From Armatimonadota bacterium (GTDB taxonomy: Bacteria; Armatimonadota; SYMT01): a stretch of 64,000 nt of DNA. The stretch lies in NCBI GenBank assembly GCA_046292385.1, contig JBKBRF010000002.1, forward strand, positions 96,001 through 160,000, given 5' to 3'. The notes under the pieces are model-generated. The model did not search any database. It was not told the origin of the DNA and saw only the letters and a list, made by a program, of their open reading frames with translations. Below, piece by piece: positions 27,799 through 37,193 of this stretch (the stretch's first letter is position 1; every line of letters starts with the position of its first letter). The position numbers and the translations under genes are program-made.

Positions 27799-29382
27799 AT
27801 GCGTCGTCTCATCAGTGCGCTGGCCGTTACCGCGAGCCTGGCGATCGGGGTTGTTTCCGCGGCGGAGGCCGGACGGTCCACGGGTCCGCACCGCATCTCG
27901 CGGGCGGAGCTGGAGGACCGGGTCCGGGGCGGCTGGGCGGGCCAGATGATCGGGGTCTCGTTCGGGGCGCCGACCGAGTTCCACTACCTCGGCCGCACGA
28001 TTGAAGGCGAGCTGTCGTGGTCGCCCGACCGCGTCACCAACGCGATCCAGCAGGACGACCTCTACGTGGAGATGACCTTCGCGGAGGTGATGGACCGGAT
28101 CGGACTCGACGCCACCACGGAGCAGTACGGCGAGGCGTTCAAGAATTCGAAGTACAACCTCTGGCACGCCAACGCCGGGGCCCGCCGGCTGCTGAACCAG
28201 GGGATCAAGGCGCCCTGGTCCGGCCACCCGAAGTACAACATCCACGCCAACGACATCGACTTCCAGATCGAGGCCGACTTCATCGGGCTGATGACCCCCG
28301 GGCTGCCGCGGGAGTCGAACAAGTACTGCGACCGGGTCGGCCGGGTGATGAACTACGGCGACGGCCTCTACGGCGGGATGTTCGTCTGCGGGATGTACGC
28401 GGTCGGCTACTTCGAGACCGACGTCCGCCGGGTGGTGGAGCAGGGAGTCGCCTGCCTGCCGCGGGAGAGCGGCTACGCCCAGATCATCCGGGACGTGCTG
28501 CAGTGGTCGCGCGAGCATCCGGACGACTGGCGTAAGACCTGGCAGCTCGTGCAGGACAAGTGGGACCGGGACGACTCCTGCACCGGCGGCGCCCTGCAGC
28601 CGTTCAACATCGACGCCCGCCTGAACGGCGCCTACATCGCCATCGGGATTCTCTACGGGAACGGCGACTGGGAGAAGACGCTGGAGATCACCACCCGCTG
28701 CGGCCAGGACTCCGACTGCAACCCGGCCAGCGCGCTGGGGGTGCTCGGCGTGATGCGCGGCTACCGGGCAATCCCGGAGAAGTGGAAGTCCGGCATCCCG
28801 GCGATCGCCGACAAGAAGTTCGACTTCACCGACTACTCTCTGAACGAGATCGTCCGCTCCACCATGGACCGCGCGCTGAAGATCATCCGCGCCGCCGGCG
28901 GGAGCGTCACGGAGGCGGAGGTCACCGTTCCCCGTCAGAGCCCGAAGGCGCCGAAGCTGGAGCAGTGGAGCATGGGCGTGCCGCAGCGGATGGTGCCCGG
29001 GGCGGATGCGGCCTGGAACTGGCAGGGACCGTGGGAGGCGAAGAAGGGTGCCCTGGAGTTCCGCACGCAGGCGGAGGGCCGCGTTGCCACCCGGGCCGGC
29101 GCGGAGGGGACGCTCACCTTCGAGGGAACCGGTGTGGTGCTGGTGGGGCCGCACTCCCCCGCGGGAGGCCGCGCCGATGTGTGGGTCGACGGCAAGAAGG
29201 CGGGGATGATCGACTTCTACATCGTCCCCCGCACCACCGACGACTCGCTCTGGCACGTCTACGGCCTGAAGCCGGGCCGCCACACCGTGCGGCTCGTCAC
29301 CCGGGACGACGCCGACCCCCGCTCCACCGGCCGCGAGTGCTTCGTCCTCGGCGCCCTCACCTACGGCCCGGAGCGGAAGTAG
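27799..29382 (+). CDS. Exported ADP-ribosylglycohydrolase-family protein with C-terminal beta domain
   Basis: Signal peptide; GQMIGVSFGAPTE, QQDDLY, CGQDSDCN; ATG 27799 follows GAGG. Confidence 0.85.
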   Translation: MRRLISALAVTASLAIGVVSAAEAGRSTGPHRISRAELEDRVRGGWAGQMIGVSFGAPTEFHYLGRTIEGELSWSPDRVTNAIQQDDLYVEMTFAEVMDRIGLDATTEQYGEAFKNSKYNLWHANAGARRLLNQGIKAPWSGHPKYNIHANDIDFQIEADFIGLMTPGLPRESNKYCDRVGRVMNYGDGLYGGMFVCGMYAVGYFETDVRRVVEQGVACLPRESGYAQIIRDVLQWSREHPDDWRKTWQLVQDKWDRDDSCTGGALQPFNIDARLNGAYIAIGILYGNGDWEKTLEITTRCGQDSDCNPASALGVLGVMRGYRAIPEKWKSGIPAIADKKFDFTDYSLNEIVRSTMDRALKIIRAAGGSVTEAEVTVPRQSPKAPKLEQWSMGVPQRMVPGADAAWNWQGPWEAKKGALEFRTQAEGRVATRAGAEGTLTFEGTGVVLVGPHSPAGGRADVWVDGKKAGMIDFYIVPRTTDDSLWHVYGLKPGRHTVRLVTRDDADPRSTGRECFVLGALTYGPERK

Positions 29383-29393
29383 GCACATGCGGT

Positions 29394-29512
29394 GCGGAGT
29401 AAACTCCGCGCGTTGGCTCCGCCGGCAGTCAACTGCCGGCGATCCCGGTCTCGCGTGGCGGACTCATCGGCGGGAGGGATTCCGAACCTGCAACATGCAA
29501 CCTGCTAACCTG
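29394..29512. repeat. Two REP-like hairpins followed by AACCTGC heptamers
   Basis: gcggagt-aa-actccgc; gccggcagt-ca-actgccggc; aacctgcaacatgcaacctgctaacctg. Confidence 0.55.
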
Positions 29513-29537
29513 AGAACCGGACGCTGAAGTCGACCGC

Positions 29538-30848
29538 ATGGAGCCCACTACCGCCGGCCCCGAGCGCGAGACGTTCGACTACACCCCGGAAGAGCACGCC
29601 GCCGCCTCGACCGGGGACTACGTCTTTCACCAGCTCATCCCGTACATCGGGAACAAGCGGAAGCTGCTGGGCCTGATCGGCGAGGCGCTGGCGCGGACCG
29701 GGGGCACGCGGGAGGGCACTTTCCTCGACCTCTTTGCCGGCAGCGGGGTCGTCTCCCGCATGGCGAAGCGGCTGGGGTACCGCGTGCTGGCGAACGACTG
29801 GGAGCCGTACGCCCTGGAGCTCAACCGCTGCGCCGTGGAGTGCAGCACCCCGCCGCCGTTCACCGCCCTCGGCGGCTACCAGGCGGCGATCCAAACGCTC
29901 AACACCCTCCCGCCGGCGGAGGGGTGGGTCACGCGGCATCTCTGCCCCCGCGACGACCGCGCCTGCGACCCGCGCGTGGAGCGGATGTTCTACACCCGCG
30001 CCAACGGGATGCGCCTCGACGCCATGCGGGAGCAGGTGGCGCAGTGGGAGCGGGACGGCCTCCTGGATCCGGCCGAGCGGGCCTGCCTGCTGGCGCCGAT
30101 GCTCTACCAGGCGAGCTACACCAGCAACACCAGCGGCGTCTTCAAGGGCTTCCATCACGGCTGGGGCGGCCAGACCGGCACCGCGCTCTACCGCATCCTC
30201 TCCCGCCTCACACTGCGCCCCGCCCTCTTCCACGAGAACGGCCGGGAGAACCGGGTCTATCGGACGGATGCGACGGCGCTGGCGCGGAAGCTGCGGGAAG
30301 AGCGGGTGGAGGTTGACGTCGCCTACCTGGACCCGCCGTACAACCAGCACCCGTACGGCAGCAACTACCACGTGTTGAACACGGTGGCGCTCTGGGATCA
30401 CCCGTCCCTCTCGGAGCGGATCGAGGGTCGGAACAAGGCCGGCATCCGGCTCGACTGGCGCACCGAGCGGCGCAGCGCCTACAACCACCGCGGCGACGCG
30501 GAGCGGGCCTACCGGGAGCTGCTGGGCGAGCTGGAGGCGCGCTGGATCCTGACCAGCTACAGCACCGACGGCATGATCCCGCTGCCGAAGCTGCTCGCCG
30601 CCTGCCTGGAGCGCGGGCGGACCGAGGTGGTGCTGCGCCGCTACAAGCGCTACCGGGTCAGCACCCAGCGCTACTCCCGCAAGCCGCTCAACATCGAGCT
30701 GGTGGCCGTCATCGACACCCGCCGCCCCCACCGCGGCCCCTCCGCGGAAGAGCTTTGCACCCAGATCCGCCGCGAAGAGGCCGCGGCCTTGAGCGAGCAC
30801 GCGGGGAGTCCGAACGTGGAAGAATCCGAACGTGTAAAAAGGGGATAG
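29538..30848 (+). CDS. N6-adenine DNA methyltransferase (D12 class), apparently orphan
   Basis: YIGNKRKL, FLDLFAGSG, AYLDPPYN. Confidence 0.88.
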   Translation: MEPTTAGPERETFDYTPEEHAAASTGDYVFHQLIPYIGNKRKLLGLIGEALARTGGTREGTFLDLFAGSGVVSRMAKRLGYRVLANDWEPYALELNRCAVECSTPPPFTALGGYQAAIQTLNTLPPAEGWVTRHLCPRDDRACDPRVERMFYTRANGMRLDAMREQVAQWERDGLLDPAERACLLAPMLYQASYTSNTSGVFKGFHHGWGGQTGTALYRILSRLTLRPALFHENGRENRVYRTDATALARKLREERVEVDVAYLDPPYNQHPYGSNYHVLNTVALWDHPSLSERIEGRNKAGIRLDWRTERRSAYNHRGDAERAYRELLGELEARWILTSYSTDGMIPLPKLLAACLERGRTEVVLRRYKRYRVSTQRYSRKPLNIELVAVIDTRRPHRGPSAEELCTQIRREEAAALSEHAGSPNVEESERVKRG

Positions 30849-30849
30849 G

Positions 30850-31168
30850 GGGATGGAATGGGGATGAGGGGATGGGAACCTTCCGAACTCAGCTCCTTCT
30901 CATTCTCTTTCTCTTACTCCTACTCAAGAGACCAGCCGAACCGAAAGAAGCCGATCGCTTTGCGTTCGGCTTCCCCCCGCCAGAGGCTCGGATTCATCCC
31001 TCATCCTTCCGCCTTCATCCCTCAGAAACGCGCTTGGAGCGAGCTTCCGTGGACGTGCCGGAGAGCGAAGGTCGCCAGCGAGCAGGAGCAGGACCTCCCG
31101 TACACGGAGGGTCCCACTTTAGCCTTCTGCCTTTAGCCTTTTGCCTTTAAAGGCCTTCATCCTTTAGC
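30850..31168. repeat. Composite intergenic repeat mosaic
   Basis: GGATG/TCATCC tandem arms, TACTC run, a ~85-bp unit shared with 58708-58792, and GCCTTTA heptamers. Confidence 0.7.
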
Positions 31169-32192
31169 TGTCTCGTCTCCTGAACAGCGGCTCGGCTACC
31201 TGGAGGGGCGTCAGCGTGACGGCGCGGAAGTCGATGGGGCCGTGGTCGCCCTGGAGCATGATGGGGCCGGGCTGCCCTTCACGGCTGTCGAGCGCGCCGC
31301 CGGTGATGCCGGGGATCTCCTGGCGGCAGATGATCTCCTGGCCGTTCAGCTCCACCGTCAGCTCCCGGCCCACCAGGGTGATCTCCATCGTCTGCCATTG
31401 ACCCGCCGGCTTGGCCGCGTTGACGCGCGGCTTGATGAAGCCGTACACGCCGCCGATGCCGTGCGCGTCCGGCGGGCGGCCGTGGTCGTCCTGCACCTGG
31501 ACTTCGTGACGGCCGCGCAGGTAGATGCCGCTGTTGCTGCCCTTGGGATAGCGGAACTCCACGTGCAGCTTAAAGTCGCGGAAGCTGCGGGTGGTGACGA
31601 GGTCGACCCGCGGCCGGCGGTTGCGGAGCAGGCCGTCCTCCACCACCCAGCCGTGCGGCTCCCGCGTGTGGCGCGGCTTCCAGCCGGAGAGGCTCTCCCC
31701 GTTGAACAGCTCGATCGGGCTGCCGGCCGGGCGGGGCTCGCCCTGGCGCGCCAGCGTGGGCGCGCGGGTGCCGGTGAAGTTGAGCCAGTCACCGTCGATC
31801 GTGCGGGTGCGGCCGGTGATGCGGTCGCCCTGGACCCGGCCTTCCCAGCGCAGCTCCTTCAGCTTGCCGTGCTCCCACTGCGGCGGGAGGGTGAATTCGA
31901 AGCGCCCGTTCGTATGGTGCACCTCCGCGATCGGGCGAGCGCTGCCGCTCCGGTGGACGAACCGCCCCACCAGCGCGCTGTACCCGGAGCGCTCCACCTC
32001 CAGCCAGGAGGGATACGCCCCGTCCGGCGCCTGCACCGTCAGGTCCCAGCGCCCCGCCAGCGGCGGAGTCGGCTGCATCACCGGCCGCTGTGCCGGCCGC
32101 TGCGCCGCCGCGCTCACCGCGGCTCCCAGCGCCAGGGTTCCCAGCAGCACGCCGCGCCGCGTCCCCCGCCAATTCGTTATCTCGTTCTTCAC
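31164..32192 (-). CDS. DUF1080 (3-keto-disaccharide hydrolase-like) protein, probably Tat-exported
   Basis: ELFNGESLSGW, DFKLHVEF, GSNSGIYLRG, GPIMLQGDHG; TRRGVL signal; GTG 32192 follows GGAGG. Confidence 0.85.
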   Translation of the reverse strand: MKNEITNWRGTRRGVLLGTLALGAAVSAAAQRPAQRPVMQPTPPLAGRWDLTVQAPDGAYPSWLEVERSGYSALVGRFVHRSGSARPIAEVHHTNGRFEFTLPPQWEHGKLKELRWEGRVQGDRITGRTRTIDGDWLNFTGTRAPTLARQGEPRPAGSPIELFNGESLSGWKPRHTREPHGWVVEDGLLRNRRPRVDLVTTRSFRDFKLHVEFRYPKGSNSGIYLRGRHEVQVQDDHGRPPDAHGIGGVYGFIKPRVNAAKPAGQWQTMEITLVGRELTVELNGQEIICRQEIPGITGGALDSREGQPGPIMLQGDHGPIDFRAVTLTPLQVAEPLFRRRDS

Positions 32193-32256
32193 GTGTCCTC
32201 CGACAGCTGTCACAAACAATCTCAAGTCGCCACCATCCGGCTACACCTCGGTTGGC

Positions 32257-32685
32257 CTATTCACCCGACTCGGTGATCAACTCCAGGCCGGTAACACCGA
32301 GAAAGTGGCGAGCGTTATGCGTAACAAGCGGAACCCCGAGACTGAGCGCAGTCGCGGCGTGCCAGGCATCGCCCGCTGAGATCTGGAAACCACGGCTCCG
32401 CGTATCAGCGACTAATTCCCCATAGATCCGGCAGATACGGTCATCCGGGTACTCAATCACGTAGGAACGGAGACTATGCTCCAACGCCTCTCGGCGAGGA
32501 CGACCCCAGTTCCGCAGTAGCGGCCAGGTGTAAAGCTCGGCACGGCTCTGGGCCGAGAGCACCAAGACCTTTCCAATCAGGTGAGGCGCGTATCGAGCCG
32601 CTCGGGAGTCTTGCTTGAATAGGAAGGAGGCGACGTCAGTGTCGACGACGATCAAGCTTAACTGTCCAGGTGAGAGCGAGGGCAT
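32257..32685 (-). CDS. PIN-domain VapC-like toxin
   Basis: IVVDTDVAS, GDAWHAATA, LVTHNARHF. Confidence 0.88.
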   Translation of the reverse strand: MPSLSPGQLSLIVVDTDVASFLFKQDSRAARYAPHLIGKVLVLSAQSRAELYTWPLLRNWGRPRREALEHSLRSYVIEYPDDRICRIYGELVADTRSRGFQISAGDAWHAATALSLGVPLVTHNARHFLGVTGLELITESGE

Positions 32686-32697
32686 CGTGGCCGCGTC

Positions 32698-32904
32698 TTA
32701 TTCTGTCTCCACGTCATCCGTGACCCGCACTGGTTGACGCTGCTCCTCCAAGAACGCGAGGAACTCCGCAAGATCATTCGGATCGTTTCGGACCGAGTCC
32801 GGCCCGGCTAGCTCGTCGATGGAGCGGATCGGCTGACCTATCATGAGAACTCGCCGTACCGCTCGCTCGCGCTCTTCTTCATCACGGCACTGGATGGTCT
32901 GCAT
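32698..32904 (-). CDS. Putative antitoxin (68 aa, acidic)
   Basis: Immediately upstream of the PIN gene; GGAGG RBS; DLAEFLAFLEEQR helix. Confidence 0.6.
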   Translation of the reverse strand: MQTIQCRDEEERERAVRRVLMIGQPIRSIDELAGPDSVRNDPNDLAEFLAFLEEQRQPVRVTDDVETE

Positions 32905-32997
32905 GGTACCTCCGCGATCAGTTCCACTCTATTATTCCGTGCCGTCGCTATCATGCCGACTCACACGGTCGTTCAATCTTCCACCGAAAGCTCACTG

Positions 32998-35900
32998 CTA
33001 CGATACCGGCGACTCGTTCTCCAGGCGGGCGATGCCGTGGTCGAACATCAGCCGGTTCAGGGCGGGGATTTCCTTCTCGATGATGCCGTTCAGCGTAACC
33101 ACGAACGCGCCCAGCTCCCGTGCCGCGCGCTCCATCTGCGCCCGCTGCTGCGGGGTGGGCGGGGCGGTGTAAGAGCCGAAGAGGAAGTAGGGACGTGAGG
33201 CGCGGCTGGAGATCGGGTCCGGCTCGTCCGCCAGCGGGGCGCCGGCGAAGCCGAGCGGCGTGGGAAGGCCAAACATCTGCTCGTTCAGCTTCGCCACCCG
33301 CTCCTGGAGCGAGTTGACCGTGTCGAGCACCTCTTTCGGGGTGCCCTCGCGTCGGGCGAGGGAGGTCTTCAGCTCCGTCAGGCGGGTATGGAGGGTGCGG
33401 ACCGCGTCCCCGGCCATGCCGGCCCGGACCCAGAGCTTTCCGGCCTCGTCCAGCGCCTGCCGCCAGGCGGCACGCTCCGCGGGGGTGATCTCGAGGCGCG
33501 GGTCCTCTTCCACCACCACCGGCCCGCTGGCGCTCTGGTCCCCGGCCGTGACGGTGACGGTGTAGGTGCCCGGGTCGACCCACACCCCGCGCCCGCCGCC
33601 CTGGCGCGCGGTCCCGGCGGCGGCCGAGCGGCCCGGCCGCGCCGGCGCGGTGCCGCGCAGGTCCCACAGCACGCGGTTGACCCCCGCCGCTCCGGAGCCG
33701 GGAAGCTCCCGCACCACCCGGCCCGCCGCGTCCTTCACGGTGACGCGAACCGGGGTGGCGCGCGGGACTGCCTTCTTCAGGTGGTACTGCACCAGCGCGC
33801 CGACCGGCAGGTTCGGCGCCTCGAAGAGCTTGTCGCCGGTGCTGCCCTTGCGAGAGGTGAGCCGGTACATCGCGGCGGGACGCATGTCGAAGAGGTGCAG
33901 CTCCGCCTCCCGCACCTTCGGCGTCAGGGCGCTGATCGGCTCGATGTCGTCCAGGATCCAGATCCCGCGGCCGTGGGTGCCGAGGATCAGGTCGTTCTCC
34001 CGCGGGTGGATCTGAATGTCATCCACCGGCACCGTCGGCAGGTTGCTCCGGACCGCGTGCCACTGCCCGCCGCGGTTCCAGCTCACCCAGAGGCCGCGCT
34101 CCGTGCCGGCGAACAGCACGTCGGGATTCCGCGGGTGCTCCCGGACCACGCTGACGGTGCCCCCCTCCGGCAGGTTGCCGCGCACGCTCTTCCAGCTCTT
34201 GCCGAAGTCGTCCGTACGGTAGAGATAGGCGTGGAAGTCGTCCGACCGGTGCCCGTCGAAGGCGACGTAGGCAGCTCCGTCCCCGGTGCGGCTCGCCTCC
34301 ACCCGGCTCACGTAGGTGCCCTTCGGCAGGCCGGGAACGCGGGAGACCACGTTCTCCCAGGTAGCGCCCCCGTCCCGCGAGACCTGCAAGTTGCCGTCGT
34401 CGGTGCCGGCCCAGAGCACGCCCGCCCGCACCGGCGACTCCGCCAGCGTGGTGACGGTGCCCCAGTGGACCACGCCGTCGTTGCGAGAGAGCATCTCCTT
34501 CGCCTTCTTGCCGAAGATCGTCAGCTCGTCCCGCTTCTCCCCGCGGGTCAGGTCGGGAGAGACGAGGGTCCAGGTCTCCCCGCGGTCCCTGGAGCCGAAG
34601 ACCCGGTTGCCGCCGTAGTAGACGGTCTTCGAATCGTGCGGGGAGAGCAGGATCGGGGAGTTCCAGTTGAACCGGTACTTCTCGTCGTCCGGCGGCTCCG
34701 GCCGGATGATCCGGGCCTGGCCGGTGCGCTGGTCCAGCCGCCGCAGGTTGCCGTCCTGGCTCTCCAGGTAGACGACGTGGTGGTCGGAGGGGTCGACCAC
34801 CGTATGGAAGCCGTCGCCGCCGCCGATCACCTCCCAGTCGTCGTTGGTGATCCCCTCGGTCCAGAGGGTGCGGCTCGGCCCCGCCCAGGTGCCGTTGTCC
34901 TGCAGGCCGCCGTAGACCCAGTACGGCTTCCGGTTATCCGCGCTGACCTCGTAGAACTGTGCCAGCGCCAGGGTGTTGACGTAGTCCCAGTTGCGCCCCT
35001 GGTCGTAGCTGATGTGGATTCCGCCGTCGGAGCCGGCGAGCACGTGATTCGAGTTGGCCGGGTTCACCCAGAGCGCGTGGAAGTCGACGTGGATCCGCCG
35101 GTAACGGTCGTTCAGCCAGCTCTTGCCCCCGTCTTCGGAGAGGTAGAGCGGCGCGCCGAGCAGCCAGACCCGCTGGTCGTTGTTCGGGTCGACGTGGATC
35201 TTGCTGTAGTAAGAGGGGCGGGGGTTGGTGTCGGAGACCTTCCGCCAGCTCTCGCCGCGGTCGTCCGAGCGGTAGGTGCCGCCCTGCGCCTGGTGCTCCA
35301 CCGTGCAGTAGAGGATGCTCGGGTCCTTCCGGTAGAGGTTCACCCCGATCCGGCCCACGTCGCCCTGGGTTGGCAGCCCGTTCGTCAGCTTCCGCCAGGT
35401 GGCGCCGCCGTCGGTCGTCTTCCACAGGCCGCTGCCGGGCCCGCCGCCGTTGAAGCCGAAGGCGGTCCGCCGCCGCTGGTAGCTCGCCGCGTAGAGGGTG
35501 TTCGGGCTGCGCGGATCGATCGCCACGTCGACGAAGCCGGTGTCGGCGTCGATGAGCTTCGTGTTCTTCCAGCTCTTGCCGCCGTCGGTCGACTTGTAGA
35601 GCCCGCGCTCCTTGTTCGGCCCCCAGAGGTGCCCCAGCGCCGCCACGTAGACCGTCTCCGGATCGGTAGGGTGCACCACGATGCGACCGATGTGGTGGGT
35701 GTCTTCCAGCCCCAGGTGGGTCCAGGTGCGGCCGGCGTCCGAGCTGCGGTAGACGCCGTGTCCCCAGGACGAGGACTGCCGGTTGTTCGGCTCCCCGGTG
35801 CCGACGTAGACGATCGACGGGTCGGAAGGGGCCAGCGTCACGTCGCCGATGCTGGAGACCAGCTCCCGGTCGAAGATCGGCCGAAAGGTGGTGCCGTGGT

Positions 35901-36153
35901 TCTCCGTCTTCCAGAGCCCGCTGGCGGCGGTGGCGACGTAGAAGGTCGACGGGTTCGACTCGTCCACGGCGAAGTCGTCGATGCGGCCGCCCATGGCGCC
36001 GGGACCGATGTTCCGGAAGACGAGCTGCCGGAACGGGTCGTAGGCGGAGTCTGCCTCCTCCTGGGCCACCGCGCCCGCGCCGAGCGTAGCGGCGAGCGCG
36101 AGCAGCAGGAGGACGGCCCGGGAGCTCCGGCGGGGAGAGCAGGCGCAGAGCAT
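32998..36153 (-). CDS. Exported BNR/Asp-box (VPS10/sortilin-like) beta-propeller glycosyl hydrolase-like protein
   Basis: Many SxDxGxTW repeats; FRNIGPGAMGGRI; GGLQDNG; GGDGF; start approximate. Confidence 0.85.
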   Translation of the reverse strand: MLCACSPRRSSRAVLLLLALAATLGAGAVAQEEADSAYDPFRQLVFRNIGPGAMGGRIDDFAVDESNPSTFYVATAASGLWKTENHGTTFRPIFDRELVSSIGDVTLAPSDPSIVYVGTGEPNNRQSSSWGHGVYRSSDAGRTWTHLGLEDTHHIGRIVVHPTDPETVYVAALGHLWGPNKERGLYKSTDGGKSWKNTKLIDADTGFVDVAIDPRSPNTLYAASYQRRRTAFGFNGGGPGSGLWKTTDGGATWRKLTNGLPTQGDVGRIGVNLYRKDPSILYCTVEHQAQGGTYRSDDRGESWRKVSDTNPRPSYYSKIHVDPNNDQRVWLLGAPLYLSEDGGKSWLNDRYRRIHVDFHALWVNPANSNHVLAGSDGGIHISYDQGRNWDYVNTLALAQFYEVSADNRKPYWVYGGLQDNGTWAGPSRTLWTEGITNDDWEVIGGGDGFHTVVDPSDHHVVYLESQDGNLRRLDQRTGQARIIRPEPPDDEKYRFNWNSPILLSPHDSKTVYYGGNRVFGSRDRGETWTLVSPDLTRGEKRDELTIFGKKAKEMLSRNDGVVHWGTVTTLAESPVRAGVLWAGTDDGNLQVSRDGGATWENVVSRVPGLPKGTYVSRVEASRTGDGAAYVAFDGHRSDDFHAYLYRTDDFGKSWKSVRGNLPEGGTVSVVREHPRNPDVLFAGTERGLWVSWNRGGQWHAVRSNLPTVPVDDIQIHPRENDLILGTHGRGIWILDDIEPISALTPKVREAELHLFDMRPAAMYRLTSRKGSTGDKLFEAPNLPVGALVQYHLKKAVPRATPVRVTVKDAAGRVVRELPGSGAAGVNRVLWDLRGTAPARPGRSAAAGTARQGGGRGVWVDPGTYTVTVTAGDQSASGPVVVEEDPRLEITPAERAAWRQALDEAGKLWVRAGMAGDAVRTLHTRLTELKTSLARREGTPKEVLDTVNSLQERVAKLNEQMFGLPTPLGFAGAPLADEPDPISSRASRPYFLFGSYTAPPTPQQRAQMERAARELGAFVVTLNGIIEKEIPALNRLMFDHGIARLENESPVS

Positions 36154-36260
36154 CGCGTGAATCCGGAAAGGGGTACCGGTGAACAAGGAAGATACCGCCC
36201 GCTTGTTCCGCGTGCCGCACCCTGAATCCTCGGCAGCAGTATGCCCAGCCGTGTGACCCG

Positions 36261-37193
36261 CTAGCGCTCGAAGTGCTCCCGCGCAGCCTGCACGTCGCGG
36301 GCGATCTGCGCGCGCAGCGAGTCGAGGTCGGCGAAGCGCTGCTCGCCGCGCAGGCGCTGGAGGAACTCCACCTGCACGCGCTGACCGTAGAGGTCGCCGG
36401 ACCAGTCGAGCAGGTGCGCCTCCAGCACGCGGCGGGTGCCGTCCCGCGTGGGGCGGACGCCGAGGTTGACCGCGGCGGGAACCGGCGCTGGGTGGCCCGG
36501 CAGGCGGACCTGCGCCACGTAGACGCCGTCGGCCGGCAGCATCCGCTCCGTGGGGACGCGAATGTTGGCGGTCGGGAAGCCGAGGCGGCGGCCTACCTGT
36601 TCCCCCGCGACCACCTCTCCGGGAACCGAGTAGGGCCGGCCCAGCAGGCGCTCGGCGGAGGCGACGCAGCCCTCTTCCAGGCAGGCGGCGACCCGGCTGC
36701 TGCTGATCGGATGGCCGCCCTCCAGCACCGGCTCGACCGCCGTCACGGTAAAGCCGAGCTCCGAGCCGATGCCCCGGAGGAGATCGAGATCGCCGCGGGC
36801 GCCGCGGCCGAAGCGGAAGTTGGCGCCGGCAAGCACCTCCACGGCGCCGAGCTGCCGCACCAGGATCTCCCGCACGAACGCCTCCGGCTCCTGCGACAGG
36901 AACTCCGGCGTGAGCGGGATGACGAGGGCGATCTCGATCCCGAACCGCTCGATCAGCTCCAGCCGCTCCTCCAGGCCGGCGAGCACCGGAACCTGCGTGC
37001 CCGGCCGGAGCAGCTCGATCGGATGGCGGTCGAAGGTGAGGACGACCGAGCTGGCCCGCTGCCGCCGCGCCGTCTCCGCGGTGCGGCGCAGCAGCTCCTG
37101 GTGACCCCGGTGGATGGCGAAGAACTTGCCGATGGTGACGACGGAGCGCGCGAGAGGCTCGCCGAGCTGCTCAAGACCCAGAACGCGCCGCAT
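36261..37193 (-). CDS. ribF: Bifunctional riboflavin kinase / FAD synthetase
   Basis: HRGH, ISSSRV, GRRLGFPTAN, LRGEQRF; directly downstream of truB. Confidence 0.92.
   Translation of the reverse strand: MRRVLGLEQLGEPLARSVVTIGKFFAIHRGHQELLRRTAETARRQRASSVVLTFDRHPIELLRPGTQVPVLAGLEERLELIERFGIEIALVIPLTPEFLSQEPEAFVREILVRQLGAVEVLAGANFRFGRGARGDLDLLRGIGSELGFTVTAVEPVLEGGHPISSSRVAACLEEGCVASAERLLGRPYSVPGEVVAGEQVGRRLGFPTANIRVPTERMLPADGVYVAQVRLPGHPAPVPAAVNLGVRPTRDGTRRVLEAHLLDWSGDLYGQRVQVEFLQRLRGEQRFADLDSLRAQIARDVQAAREHFER

Noticed and set aside
33388..36225. 945-aa plus-strand ORF (and similar shadows at 3522, 9107, 27517, 38356, 45280, 47350)
   Set aside because: Each lies opposite a well-supported gene, has low-complexity Arg/Pro/Gly-rich translation and no recognisable domain.
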